DNA from: the human T2T-CHM13v2.0 reference genome, Homo sapiens
Assembly: GCF_009914755.1 (NCBI RefSeq)
Contig: NC_060934.1
DNA: 64,000 bases
Strand: one strand, 5' to 3'
The notes beneath the pieces are model-generated. The model searched no databases, was not told where the DNA came from, and saw nothing but the letters and a program-made list of their open reading frames with translations. Every line of letters starts with the position of its first letter. The stretch's first letter is position 1. Below are positions 36,148 through 51,387 of this stretch, one piece after another. A program made the translations under genes and the position numbers.

Positions 36148-36899
36148 CTAAATACACAGCAGACATAAATGTCAAGGGCTAACTCACCAGGCCTGGGAAG
36201 ATCACAAGGTTCAGAGAAGGAGAGTTGAAGGCTGAGAGCAGGGAAGTTAGCTGCTGATGTCCTCTGAGCAGGAGCTTAGAAGCCTTAAACCCCTGGAGGG
36301 CAAATGCATAGCAAGTGAGCCCTCACCCTGCCTCCTACACCTACAGCAGACATGACTAATCAATCATGGTACACTCCCCTCCTCAGCACATGCACATGGC
36401 CTCACAACTTCATTCTTGGCAGCCCTTGTCAATAAATACTTCACCACATAATGAAACTCATTTACTTTCTCAATCTTGGGCCCAGCCTTAAAGGGCCCTG
36501 CTGCAAATGGTGTCTCTTGGTGGGTTTCCTGTGCTGACTCCAAGACCAAGGACAGCATGACTTCCTGGCTCTGGTTAGGGCTGTGGGAAAGGGTGAGAAT
36601 GCTTTTTCCAGGCACAAGGGCTTGTGTGGTTCAGCGGGGCAAGGAAAGTGCCAGATGAACCAGTCCTTCCCAGAAGATGGGGTGAAGGAAAAGGGTGTGT
36701 GTGCTTGGCCAGTAGGCCGCTGGGGGCCCTGTGAGCCTGGCCTTCAAGGTGGGAGGTGGTACAGGCCACAGAGCAGGCCTTGCTGATTCTGGAGGCAAGG
36801 TTTCCCTGAAATGGCACTGCTGTATCACAGGAAAAAGGGCCAGCTGGCTACATGGGCCCCACCAGCCTGCCTGCCTTCCCCTTCCGGAAAGCAACACAC

Positions 36900-36980
36900 C
36901 AGGTTTGAAGCTGACTGGTCCATCCTGAGGTTCCTGGTGGCTGTCACCAGGATCTGCAGGCTCAGGGATTGCCATGGAAT
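36900..36980 (-). CDS. MMRN2: MMRN2 exon 4
   Basis: ctgcag|ATTCC...CCTG|gtgtgt; 81 nt; DSMAIPEPADPGDSHQEPQDGPVSFKP. Confidence 0.93.
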
Positions 36981-37081
36981 CTGCAGAAGAAAGCATTAGT
37001 TATTGACCCCAGTGGTCAGAGGAGCTGCTTGACCTTGGGGATCAGAGGTCAAGGGGGGAAGGGGGCCGCAGGGAGCCCTAC

Positions 37082-37188
37082 CGTGGTGCTCGCAGTTGGG
37101 GCCCGTGTAGCCAGGGCAGCACCTCCAGGCCAAAGAGGTCAGCACCTTCTGCTTGACCTGGTACACTGGCTTGTGGGCCATGCGGTAC
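37082..37188 (-). CDS. MMRN2: MMRN2 exon 3 (EMI domain, WRCCPGY)
   Basis: ttccag|GTACCGC...CACG|gtaggg; 107 nt. Confidence 0.95.
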
Positions 37189-37272
37189 CTGGAAGAGGAG
37201 AAGGGCTGGCTCAGTGATTCCAGGGAGGGCCCGCTCCAGGCCTGGGCAAATGGCCCACCCTCCCCTACTCAC

Positions 37273-37401
37273 ATGACTTTGACTTTCTGGCAGTCTGGAG
37301 CTCCCTGCGGACACGGCTGCTGCGAGTGGATGAGGAATTTCTCTGTTTTGCAAAGAGCTAGTAAGGTGACCAGCTTGGACATTGGGTAGGGGCACCAGTT
37401 A
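37273..37401 (-). CDS. MMRN2: MMRN2 exon 2 (EMI domain)
   Basis: ttccag|TAACTGGTGC...GTCAT|gtgagt; 129 nt; NWCPYPMSKLVTLLALCKTEKFLIHSQQPCPQGAPDCQKVKV. Confidence 0.95.
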
Positions 37402-39085
37402 CTGGAAAACAAGCCAGAGGAGAAGGCTGCTGAGCCACACCCAGGTCAACAGGGGGTGCCAGTGCAGAGCCACCGGTCCTCGCCTCCTGCCGGAGCAGTG
37501 CTGGGATTCTGGAATCCATTATCCTGAGAAGAGAGCCTTCCGCATTATTCATCCCTGGGCTCCAGAGCAAATGTTTCACAATCCCTACCTGCAAAGAGGG
37601 CACCTGCTCCACCACCTTCCCGAAGCCTCCCCGAGCCAGCAGAGAGGCTGAGAAACCCACCACAATCTAGAACTGTGAAAAGCAGCTCCAGGGTGATGAT
37701 TGTTTTAGCCAACAAAACTAACAGCCAGAGTGTGGGGAAAACACCGTGTGCACTGCAGCTGTCTGCATGGATTCCCTTTGGTGAGGTTAGCCACAGAGCC
37801 AGAAAGCTCTCGCTGTTTCTCCTGCTACCAACGTGCAGCTGGGGCTGGAGAATCCTGGGTTCGAATCCCTCACACTTTCTGGCTGTGTGACCCTGAGTGA
37901 GGCACTTAGGGAGCTTCTCTTTCCCCATCTATACAATGGCGATCGTAATGCCCTCCTTTAAGTGGGCAGAGAAGCACCAGGTGCCTGGCTCCTGACAAGC
38001 GTTCTGTGAACACAGCTCCACTGCCCCATTCCAGCTGCCCTGGCAGCCTGCCCAGTTGCTACTTACATGAGGGACCAGCTCCCTGGCCATGCCCATTAGG
38101 ACCATTCTAGAAAGGGACTTTCAAACAGTTGTCCTAAGGAAAGGTAAGCAGCTGGGTGGAGCAGTGTCCTCTCTGGGATGGCCACCGCATCAAGGTCATG
38201 CAAGGTGGTTGGGGGTCACACTCAGCATCCCGCACACCTGATAGGTAGCCCTTCCATCCTGGCCCTTCACCAGCATGTACTGTGGTGGTCCCAGGAGCGG
38301 GGGGACACTCATGCTGACAGAGCCCCAGTTCACAGACCCAGTGGCTGACTCCATGGGGTCAGTGGCAGTGGTCAGAGAGCCCTTCCCCAGGCAGCCAGCT
38401 CCCAGAACAGAGCTCGTCAGAGTTGAAAGTGGCAATGATCTCTGTGGCACAGTACAGCTCAGCACCTCTTGGGTGCCGGGTGCTGCACTCAAGCTCAGGG
38501 TGTGGATGTGGAGGTGCAGACTTTCCCTTCAGGATCCCCAGGGAGAGCGGGCACTCTTAGAATGGGTGAGAAGTGCTAGGATCTGCAGAGACTTTCAGGA
38601 GAAGGAGCTAATGGGGCTGTGTCTTAAGGCCAGAAAGTCGGATGAGGCACCAGATGTGACAGGGGTGCAAGAGGGTGAGGAAGGGGCTGCAGAAGGAGGC
38701 TGGGATGAAGGGAGAAGCCAGACCTCAGCGGAGGAGCTGGCCCATGTCCTGAGGGCATGGGAAATCATGGAGGGGTTTCAGCAGGGAAGTGGCATGAAAG
38801 AGCCACCCTGGTCCCTGGGTGCAGAGATGATGGGAGGGCAAGACGTTGGCAGCTGTGTCCACGGTCTGGGGAGAGATGATGGCAACTTGGACTGAGTGAT
38901 GGTGGACATGGGAGAAGTGGCCACATTTGTGGGCTCTTAGAAAGCAGCATTCAGAGGCCTTGGTGATGAAGTGGCTGTCAGTGCCGGGATTTTATTCTCT
39001 GGAGCCGGTCTTTGTCCTGGGGCCATCAAGCACTGTCACACAGGGGATAGTGTTGGGAAAGGCAGGGGCGGGGGATTCGAGTGAC

Positions 39086-39382
39086 TTTTTTTTTTTTGAG
39101 ACGGAGTCTCGCACTGTCGCTTGGGCTGGAGTGCAGTGGTGCAATCTCGGCTTGCTGCAACCTCCACCTCCCAGGTTCAAGCGATTCTCCTTGCCTCAGC
39201 CTCCCAAGTGGGCTGGGATTACAGGTGCCCACCACCAAGCCTGGCTAATTTTTTTTGTATTTTTAGTAGAGACGGGGTTTCACTATGTTGGCCAGGCTGG
39301 TCTTAAACTCCTGACCTCGTGATCCACCTGCCTCAGCCTCCCAAAGTGCTGGGATTACAGGCGTGAGCCACTGTACCCAGCC
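39086..39382 (-). mobile_element. AluS
   Basis: TSD gagtgac. Confidence 0.9.
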
Positions 39383-39590
39383 GAGTGACCATATTTTGAG
39401 TGCTGAGTCCCCAGCCTGCTTTACCCTCTCAGCAGCAGACTGGAAAAGTTTCTCAGGAAAATAAGCCAGCCCGAGAGGAAAAGACCCAAAGCTGCTGACA
39501 GCAGGGGTTCTCCCATAAAAATAGCCAACCAGAAGATCCTATGACAAAATGGGTAAGAAAGGAGTATTCATACACCCCAGCTTCCAGTCA

Positions 39591-39953
<363 letters not shown>

Positions 39954-39969
39954 AGGTTGAAGTGGGCAA

Positions 39970-41100
<1,131 letters not shown>

Positions 41101-41124
41101 CTGCACATCAACACCATCATGCAA

Positions 41125-42132
<1,008 letters not shown>

Positions 42133-42581
42133 TTAAGGCTCTCTGGGTAATTGCATGGCACACCCAGGATGCAGAACCGTGGTGTCACAAGAAACACTCT
42201 AACAAAACAACAGAGAAAATCAAGAAAGAGAAAGCACAAGATCAGGAAACAGGTTCCAACACAAAAACCAGGTGAAGAGAGCCTCCAGAATGACAATGGG
42301 CTGTGGTATGAGGGCAGCAGTTCACATTGGAACACACCTGGAGGCTCTGGGAGCCACATCTCCAAGAAGACGCAGCTGATCTGACACCTGGCATGAATGA
42401 GTGTAGAGAGCAGATGTGGACAACTGGCTGAGGGTGTGGAGTTGAGTTAGTGATAAAGACACAGAGTAAGCAGAAGAAAAAAGCAAGACATGAAATTTTA
42501 GAACTCTGTGAGTTCTAAATTTTTACTACAGGGAAAACCAAAAGTGTGCAAGGGGGCAAAAAAGTTTCACAGTTTATTTCA

Positions 42582-42821
<240 letters not shown>

Positions 42822-42981
42822 CTACCTCCTAAGAAGTAGCAATGCAAGCATGTTCTTTAGTGATACAGAGGTAAATGCAAAAGAATCACCTGCAAAGTTG
42901 AAAGTCATTGCCCTTGGGACCAGAGGGAGCTGGGGCTTCTGACTGTCTCAACAAGCCTTATAGAACCAGTTGACTCCTAAT

Positions 42982-43381
42982 CAGGAGATCAGCAAACTTT
43001 TTTTCTAAGGGTACAGGTAGTAAATATTTGACACAAGGCCAGCTACATAATCTTCAGGGCCCAGTGCAAAATGAATATGTGGGGCCTCTCCTTCAAAAAG
43101 TATGAAGAATTTCAAGATGGTGACACCCAGGGTGGGGCCCTCCAGAGTGCAGGGCCTTGTGTGTGACTGCACAGGTCACATGCCCCTGATGCTGGCCATG
43201 GTTTCAGGCTTTCCAGGCCACATGAACTCTGTCCCATCTACTCAACTCTGCCATTGTACCACAAAAGAAGTCAATGACAACATATAAATGAACCAGCCTG
43301 TCTGTGCTCCAATAAAACTTTGTTAGCAAAAACAGGTGATGGGCTGGATTTGGCCCACTGGCCATAGTTTTCTGACCCCTG
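42982..43381. mobile_element. MER58A interrupted by MER45A (hAT DNA transposons)
   Basis: cagg..cagcaaactttt and gggctggatttggccc..tgacccctg ends; internal ggcccagtgcaaaatgaa. Confidence 0.6.
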
Positions 43382-43477
43382 CCTATGAGTATATATAACT
43401 AATAAAAATGAAACTTAAAAAAAAAATCATTTTCATCAGGAAGAGAAAATGCAGATGAATAATCAAGAACAGTTTGG

Positions 43478-43805
<328 letters not shown>

Positions 43806-44109
43806 TCACAACTATCAAGACCGACTCCAAAGCCAAGGAATGAAAATGATGCGGCGTTGGCTCAGGATTCGATATGCCAGCCAGTGGGAACAGAGACCAG
43901 GAAGGGGCCAGTGCATCTCCAAGGGATCAGTCAACGTAAAAAGGGGACACCTCACGATAAGGATGGAAGGAAGGAAGGAATGCTCACTCAACACTGAAAC
44001 AGAGAGCTGGGAAGGCGCTGGCCCCAGAGCTCAGGAGCCACAGGTGTCATGCTTGCCTGCACAGACATCCACCTGGGGCCCCATGGAAACTCCTGGAACA
44101 TGGGCTCAG

Positions 44110-45216
44110 TATTGGGGGAACCCACTCCCAATATTTCAACATACATTCTTTCTATTTTCCCTAAGTGTCAACTGGTCTGAGAAATAAAGAGAAAGAGTTC
44201 AAAGAGAGGAATTTTACAGCTGGGCCTCCAGGTGTGACATCACCTATCGGTAGGATTGTGATGCCCACCTGAGCCGCAAAACCAGCAGGTTTTTATTAAG
44301 GACTTCAAAAGGGGAGGGGGTGTATGAACAGGGAGTAGGTCACATGCTTTAAGGGGCAAAAAGCAGAGCAAAGATCATATGCTTCTGAGGAAACGGGGCA
44401 AGGACAAAATCAAAAACTCCGATAAGGGTCTACGTTCAGTGGTTCCATGTATTGTCTTGATAAACATCTTAACAGAAAACAGGGTTTGAGAGCAGAGAAC
44501 CAGTTTGATCTCAAATTTACCAGGGCTGGGGTTTCTCAATCCTGGTAAGCCTGAGGGTACTGCAGGAGACCAGGGCATATCTCAGTCCTTATCACAACCG
44601 CATAGGACAGACACTCCCAGAGCGGCCGTTTATAGACCTCCCCGCAGGAATGTAATTCTTTTCCTAGGGTCTTAATATTATATTCCTTGCTAGGAAAAGA
44701 ATTTAGCGATATCTCTCCTACTTGCATATCCGTTTATAGGCTCTCTGCAAGAAGAAAAATATGGCTCCTTTTGCCCGACCCCGCAGGCAGTTAGACCTTA
44801 TGGTTGTCTTCCCTTGTTCCCTAAAATCGCTGTTATTCTGTTCATTTTCAAGGTGCACTGATATCATATTATTAAAACACACGTTTTACAATCAATTTGT
44901 ACAGTTAACGCAAAATCACAGGGTCCTGAGGTGATGTACATCCTCAGCTTATGAAGATAACAGGATTAAGAGATTAAAGCAAGACAGGCATAAGAAATTA
45001 TGAGTATTATTAGGGAAGTGATAAATGTCCATATTAAAATGAAATCTTCACAATTTATGTTCAGAGATTGCAGTAAAGACAGGTGTAAGAAATTATAAGA
45101 GTATTAATTTTGGGAACTGATATATGCCCATATTAAAATGAAATCTTCACAATTTATGTTCCTCTGCCGCGGCTGAAGCCTGTCCCTCCGTTCAGGGTCC
45201 CTGACTTCCCGCAACA
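44110..45216 (-). mobile_element. MER11 (HERV-K HML-8) solo LTR
   Basis: Minus strand starts TGTTGCGGGAAGTCAGGGACCC and ends GGGTTCCCCCAATA; perfect 6-bp TSD gctcag at 44104-44109 and 45217-45222. Confidence 0.92.
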
Positions 45217-45247
45217 GCTCAGCCCTAGGGAAAAATCTCTCTTAGAC

Positions 45248-45450
45248 CAGTGGTTCTCAATGGGAGGAGAGGGTACTTTCCCCAGGTGCATTGTCACGAC
45301 TGGGTGGTGGGTGCTACTCATGACTAGGTATCTCATGGGTGGGGCCCAAAGATGCTGCCAAATACCCTACAATGCATAGGACATCTCCACACCCCACCAC
45401 AAGGAATTATCTAGTCCAAAATGTCAGTATGCCAGGGCTGAGAAACTCTC
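45248..45450. mobile_element. MER20 DNA transposon
   Basis: cagtggttctcaa...aaggaattatctagtccaaaatgtcagt..gctgagaaac. Confidence 0.75.
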
Positions 45451-48269
45451 TCTAAACAAACTTCCATTCCTTGCAAACCTCTGACCTACTGCAGAGGGCC
45501 TGGAAGGCGTGTGCCCCAGGCACGCCTGGCCTGGTCCAGCCTGCCAGGAGTGACTGGGACTTTCCACCTCAAGCTCCTGGAAGTGGAAACTATGCCGCCC
45601 ACCCTTCCTGCCCAGGAACTTTCTCCGCTGACCTGCCCAGACCCTGGGCTTCAGCACTGCTATTCTCTCTGCCCATGCTCCCCACCCTGGGCAGGCCCTC
45701 CCTTGGCACAGTACAGGCTGCTGGCCCAGAACCCTGGGAACATTCCTGACCTTTGCTTTGGCTTCCTCCAGCTCTTGGCAGCTTCTGGCTGGCCCTTGAT
45801 GCCCATGCCCCCGGCCCAACTTGCTGAAGTGCCCATTTTTCCCTCTGCCCCTCCGTCTCAGGCTGGCTTCATCTTTGTGCCCTCCCTTGGGGAGTCCTGC
45901 TGGGTGCCCTCATCTCCCAGTGGCCAACCCAGAGTGGATGTGGGGCTCCTCTGGCCTGGTTTGGAGCTGCCCTTGGTCTGCTGTGGCCCCAACCTGCTGC
46001 TCCACCCAGATAGGAGGGTACGTGGACTCCTTTGGAGCTTTAAATGGAAGCTGGGCGGCCTGCGTTCTCCTCTCCTCCTCCTCCCTGAACCCACAGTGAC
46101 CTTGGGCAAGGCCCTTCCCCCATCATCGAAATGCGAAGAAGCTGTGCCTCTGCGGCACACAGATCAGAGCTGGTGTGGGGGGAAGGGAGAGGGAGCCTGT
46201 GGGAGGGGGAGGGCGCATCCATTATGCAGATTGTGTGGAGTGCCTTCCCTTCCCCAGCCAGGAAACGCCCTCCCAGGGGCCCTCAAGTCTTCCTTGGGAA
46301 GGAAGGCGTGTTCTCAGCAGCCTTGTTTTCTGAGGCCCTGAAGCCAGCCATTAACTTGACCATTCCAGGGGAGAAACTCACAGGATTTTGTCCTTGAGTC
46401 AGAAAAGGGCCTTGGCAGAGAAGCCTGAGGCTCTCAGGGATCAGCCCAGAGCTAAGAACCCCTGAGCGTGGTTCTGGAAGCTTCAGCTCTGGCCAGTGGG
46501 GGTTCTTCCCTGTTCATACCAAGGGCTCTGTGCCCGGCAGGGGTCGGGGGTGGGGGTGAGGATGGGGGAGGAACAAGTGCAAAAGGTGCATCGTGGCCCA
46601 GAGAAGGCGGCCTGTGCTCTGCCCTGCTCCTGTGTGACCTCCAGTCATATGCTGGACTCCTCTGGGCCACAAGCTCCCAGCTGGGAAAATCTCAGTGCTC
46701 TTTGTGTAAGGGTCAGGAGAAGCCTGAGGCTGGTGACTGGGGCCAACCAGCCTGCTGGCAGCAGCATCCCCTACACGGCCACCCTCTTGGGGGGACAGGA
46801 CAGCCTGGGTGGGCCTGGGCTCTCACTGTCACTTAGGAGCTCTGTGGCCCTGGGAGGCGTCCCCACCCCTCCAAGCTATCATAGCAATGTGATAGATGGG
46901 ACACCTTGCCTGGGGCTCAGCACGGTCCCTACCGCAGACTGAGTTCCACTGGGACAGCAAATCCTGGGTCTGAGGCACCCACATTCTAGACATCCCCAAG
47001 CCAGGGCACAGAAACAGCCTCTTCCTCCCGGAGTCCTAATGCTCAGGCTGCTGGCTCCCTGGGCTGGGCCCCTCGGGGTCCCTGGCAACCTAAGAAGCAG
47101 TTAACCCCTTCGCTTCTCCACCTCAGGGAAGTCTGAGGACGTAGTGGTTCTATTCAAGCTTCTCCTTGCAAAGGGTCTTATTGGGGCCTGCATCCTGGGC
47201 CCAGCCTAGCCCTGGGGCTCTGGAAACAGATGTAAGTGGCAAAGGCAGGGCAGAATGCCTGGCCCTGGCAGCCGAGCCTCCTTGTGATGGTGTTGGTGTC
47301 ACCACCCCTGCTAGCAGAACCCAGTCTGCCTCCCCTTCCCATGCTGCAGGGACAGGGTCTGGAGCACGCTTCCACCTCCCTGGTCACAGGAGCAAGGGAA
47401 GTAATCAGCCCAGGAAGCCGCGCGTTTCCTTCCTTTCTCACCAGCCCATCCGGGTTTGGTGAGAGAGCATGGACTTGCCCTGTGGAGACTGCAGCTTCTG
47501 GATGTGGGAAGGAGAGCCCTGCAGGCAGGGGGCTTCCAGGCTTGGGACACCTGGGCATTCCTGGGCCAGGTACATGCACCCTCCCACTCAGAACCCCAGA
47601 GAAGGACTGCGGGGCCCCTGCAGGGCTGCCCATCAGCAGTTCCCAAACCCTCACTCCTTGGGGCTAAGGGAGCAATGTCTCTCCCACAACCAAGGGGGTG
47701 GGGAGGAAGAGGAGCAGCTCCCTCCTCCCTCCCGTCCACCGGGTCCTCTCATCCTCCCTTTCATCAAAAGGCGGAAGGTGGCCTGAGACTAAGGCGTGGA
47801 GCTTCCTTGGTCCTGAAATCAGAGCGGAGTGGCTGGATCCAGCCCGCCCCTCCCCCGCCCCCTGCTCCCCTTGCCGCCCCACCACCGAGAATCACCTGCA
47901 CCTCCCAGCCCTGAGCAGAGTTGGGGGCAGGCGGGAATGAGGTTTCTCCATGGCCAACTGCTCAGCCACTGTTCCCCACGCCACTGCCACCAGACCCTCA
48001 CTAAGGGGCCTCTTGCCCCTCCCTGGTCAAATCTGTTTTCAGGAAAGCACCCAACAAACCTGCAACTCAGAAGCCAAATGAGACCTATCCCAGGCAGGTC
48101 CACTCTGCGATGGTGGCTCTCATACACCGCACAGAAGTGTAAGTTGGCCCCCCCCTCACTCCCTAAATCCATGTAGATGCCCTTAGCCAAACAGGTCTGG
48201 TGTGTGGGGGCAGGAGGGTGGAGGTAGGAGCATCTGGGGGCTGGGGCTGGCTCCAAGTGCTGCAGAGAG

Positions 48270-48430
48270 TTCACTATGAGCTCTGAAGTCAAACTCAGAT
48301 CCTGCTCCTTAGCTGTGTGGCCTTGGGCAAGCCCCTCAGCCTCTCTGAGCCTCAGGCTCCTCCTCTGTAAGTGGGGCTGTTGGAGGGATGAACTGAGATA
48401 CACGTGGCAAGGTGCCTGGCCCTGAGACTG
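48270..48430. mobile_element. MIR
   Basis: tagctgtgtggccttgggcaag..cctctctgagcctcag..ctgtaa core. Confidence 0.65.
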
Positions 48431-49090
48431 GGGGCCCCGTAAACAGCACCTGCTGCTCTGACTGAGGGGCAGTTGGAGATGAGGGGGGACTTACAGGCCC
48501 AACACCTCATCAGCAGGATGGGCCCTGGCTCTGTACACATAGAATGTTGGAAAGCTATGTTCTGGGTCCAGTTGCAAGACCATCCTGCCCACTTGCTGGG
48601 TCGCTGAGGCAGAGCGCCCTGGACTGTGCTCTGGAGAGCAGGGGGCCGTCTCTGCTCACTGCTGGGCAGTCAGAGTCAGGTCCCCAGGGAACTCAGATCA
48701 AAATCTCAGGGCAGCCTTGCTGGGTCTCAGCTTTCAGAATTGATTTCTTTGGAAGAACAGGAGGCATAGCCAGGCCAGCTGGCAATGGCTTCAGCCACAG
48801 TCCCCCAGTGCCCCATGCTGGGTGATTGATGGTAGGAGCTGTGCCTCCCTGCCAGCCCCCCAAGCCCCATTCCCTGCCATGGCTCCGACAGGGAACTCCC
48901 TGCAATTCTTAGGTGGATCCTGAAACACCCAGTCCAGACTACTTTTTCAGCCTCACAGATGGCCCAGAGATAGATACTATTAGCCCATTTCACAGATGGG
49001 ACCCCAGTGAGGTCTAGAGAGGCTCTGCTCTAGCTGAGCTGGGACTCAGATCCTACTCCATGACCTCTGCCAAGGTCCAGGCCCTCTTAC

Positions 49091-49254
49091 CGTCCAACGG
49101 GGTCCTTGCCGGTGTCCTCAGCCTCTGCCTTCCAGACCCCAGGTGTCCTGGAGCTCTGCAGATCAGAGAGGCTAGTACTGGAAGCCTGGGCCCATGCCCC
49201 CAGCAGCCCCCAGCCCAGGGGGCCCCCAAGGCTGAACAGCAAGCTCAGGATCAT
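49091..49254 (-). CDS. MMRN2: MMRN2 exon 1 coding part (signal peptide)
   Basis: ATG at 49254 (accaagATGA); MILSLLFSLGGPLGWGLLGAWAQASSTSLSDLQSSRTPGVWKAEAEDTGKDPVG; donor CG|gtaag; 164 nt. Confidence 0.95.
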
Positions 49255-50410
49255 CTTGGTGGTGGGGCAGGCTCAGCTCACACTCAGCCTTGGCAAGTAG
49301 CTCCAGAAACTGCTAGTGACGTTGTCTTCAAGTTAAATCTCAGGAGGAAAAGAAAATACGAGGACAACAAAGAGAGGAAGTGGCCTGGGCCGGCCTACCC
49401 GGTGGGTCTTGTCCTGCCCCCCAACTACCCTGGCTGGCCCCACAGGGGCCGCCAACCACACAAGCCAGTTCCTGTCCCTGAGGACTTGGCTCAGGGACTC
49501 TGGGAATGTGGTAGACATGGGGTGGCCCCACCAAATGCATCCTTATGGGAACCTGCTCCCTGGGAGCCATGAAAAGAGCGTGGACTTCGAGGTGGGGCCA
49601 CAGGAAGTGGTCAGGTCCATGTCAGGGGACCTGCTGCCCATCCACACTGCTGGCCAGGAAATGGGGGGCAATTCATGCCTCCTCAGCACCTTCAGCACTG
49701 GGCGGCTCAAAGAAGGCAAGGGACTATTCTGGGGTCACACAGCATGCAGCCAGAGGCCAAGGCATGAGGAAGTCCTTCATTTCCCCACCCCCACCCACCT
49801 CAGATCCTCCAACCGGTTTCATGGCAGCCCAGGGTCCAGCGGCATCCAGGATGCTGGTGGGTAGCTGCACAGCCCAGGCCGCGGGAGGTTGGCTGCTCTC
49901 ACCTAACAGGCCTATGTGGCCCTGACCCCTACCTAGGAAGCTGGGGACAATGGCCAAGGCGCCTCCCCTCTCTGTGCCTGTCTGTCCAGGTGCAGCATAG
50001 ACACAGCACCCCTGGGGCCAAGAGCACCCAGCCAGGGCTGCCCCCATGGGTGGGCAGGGCAGTAAATGAATGAGGGACAGGTTGGGAGGTGGCCAGCCCC
50101 CTCCAGCCCATGGAGGGCACGGGGCAGGAGAGCTGGGCTGAGCCAGCAGGAGCCCAGGGAGCCTGGTCTCTGCCTTCCTATCCTGGAGGAAGGTGAGGCT
50201 GAACCTCCTTCCCTCCCTCCCTCCCTCCCCGCCCCCACTGCACGCAGGGCTGGCTGGGCTCCAGCTGGCCTCCGCATCAATATTTCATCGGCGTCAATAG
50301 GAGGCATCGGGGACAGCCGCTGCGGCAGCACTCGAGCCAGCTCAAGCCCGCAGCTCGCAGGGAGATCCAGCTCCGTCCTGCCTGCAGCAGCACAACCCTG
50401 CACACCCACC
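49255..50410. promoter_or_regulatory. Divergent MMRN2/SNCG promoter interval with ETS motifs
   Basis: Start codons 1156 nt apart, head-to-head; ETS sites AGAGGAAGTG 49373, ACAGGAAGTG 49600, CCAGGAAATG 49654; (CCCT)n and GC box at 50211-50236. Confidence 0.75.
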
Positions 50411-50531
50411 ATGGATGTCTTCAAGAAGGGCTTCTCCATCGCCAAGGAGGGCGTGGTGGGTGCGGTGGAAAAGACCAAGCAGGGGGTGACGGAAGCAGCT
50501 GAGAAGACCAAGGAGGGGGTCATGTATGTGG
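50411..50531 (+). CDS. SNCG: SNCG (gamma-synuclein) exon 1 coding part
   Basis: Kozak cccaccATGG; [40 protein letters not shown]; donor G|gtaagt; 121 nt. Confidence 0.98.
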
Positions 50532-51020
50532 GTAAGTGGGGCATGGCAGGGTGGGACAGTGTGGTGGCCAAAGGGTGAGTGCCCAGTTACCTTCGCCAGA
50601 CCTTACTCCCCAGCCCCAGGGAGGCATTTTGGGAGGGGGCGAGGCCCTGGCTATCAAGGTGGGGTCTCCAGACCCTGGAGCACCCACAATGCCCTGTGCA
50701 CACCTATGTGTGTTTGTCTTTGGCCTCCTCGGGGCCTCTGGGTGTCAGAGACCGCAGACAGGGCTGGCTACCTGTCTGTGCACGCACACACACATTCCCA
50801 AGCATACCAGCCTCCCCTGAGCCTGGAGCCCCTGAAGCCATGAGCAGCCTGTGCTCAGGTGGCCCCCACCCTCTCCACACGGGAGCGGCTACAGCCAGGT
50901 CACGGATCCCCTCCCTCCCCAGAGAGAAGGGGCAGGCTGGGGGATGAAACCTAGGCTCAGTGTTCCCTCCCCCGCATCCTCTCCTGGCACTCTCCAGAGG
51001 AGGAAGGGGAGGTCAAGCCA

Positions 51021-51030
51021 ATGACTCAGC
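51021..51030 (+). promoter_or_regulatory. SNCG: AP-1/ARE-like site in SNCG intron 1
   Basis: ATGACTCAGC (TGACTCA core plus GC). Confidence 0.6.
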
Positions 51031-51345
51031 TCTGGCCCATCCTGTCCTGTTGCTGCTTCTGAGGCCCGGCCACACCCGGGCAGGGGCTGGACCCTGGGTC
51101 TAGCCAGTGTCCCTACCTCAGGCCTGCTCTCTCTTGTCCCCCACATTCTGTCCTGTCCCCTTCCCATCCATCCACTTCTTCCAGACACAGCAGGAAGAGG
51201 CCCTCTGAAGGGGCCGCCGGCCCCCAGACACCATCCTTACCCCCCCACCGACCCCACAGTTTGTCCAGCTGTTCTGTTGTGTTTGTCCTGACCGCCCCCA
51301 ACACCTCGAGGGAGGTCTGGGCTGACAGCTCCATTTCCTCCCCAG

Positions 51346-51387
51346 GAGCCAAGACCAAGGAGAATGTTGTACAGAGCGTGACCTCAG
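51346..51387 (+). CDS. SNCG: SNCG exon 2
   Basis: cccag|GAGCCAAGACC...TCAG|gtgaga; 42 nt; GAKTKENVVQSVTS. Confidence 0.97.

Noticed and set aside
37189-37272. MMRN2 intron 2 is 84 nt (a multiple of 3)
   Set aside because: Retention gives an immediate stop (ATG TGA), so there is no in-frame isoform
44980-45160. Roughly 90-bp internal tandem repeat
   Set aside because: Intrinsic to the MER11 LTR as I recall its consensus; not a separate system
45511-46341. 276-aa ORF
   Set aside because: Non-ATG start, low-complexity Pro/Leu/Gly content, no domain; GC-rich intronic DNA
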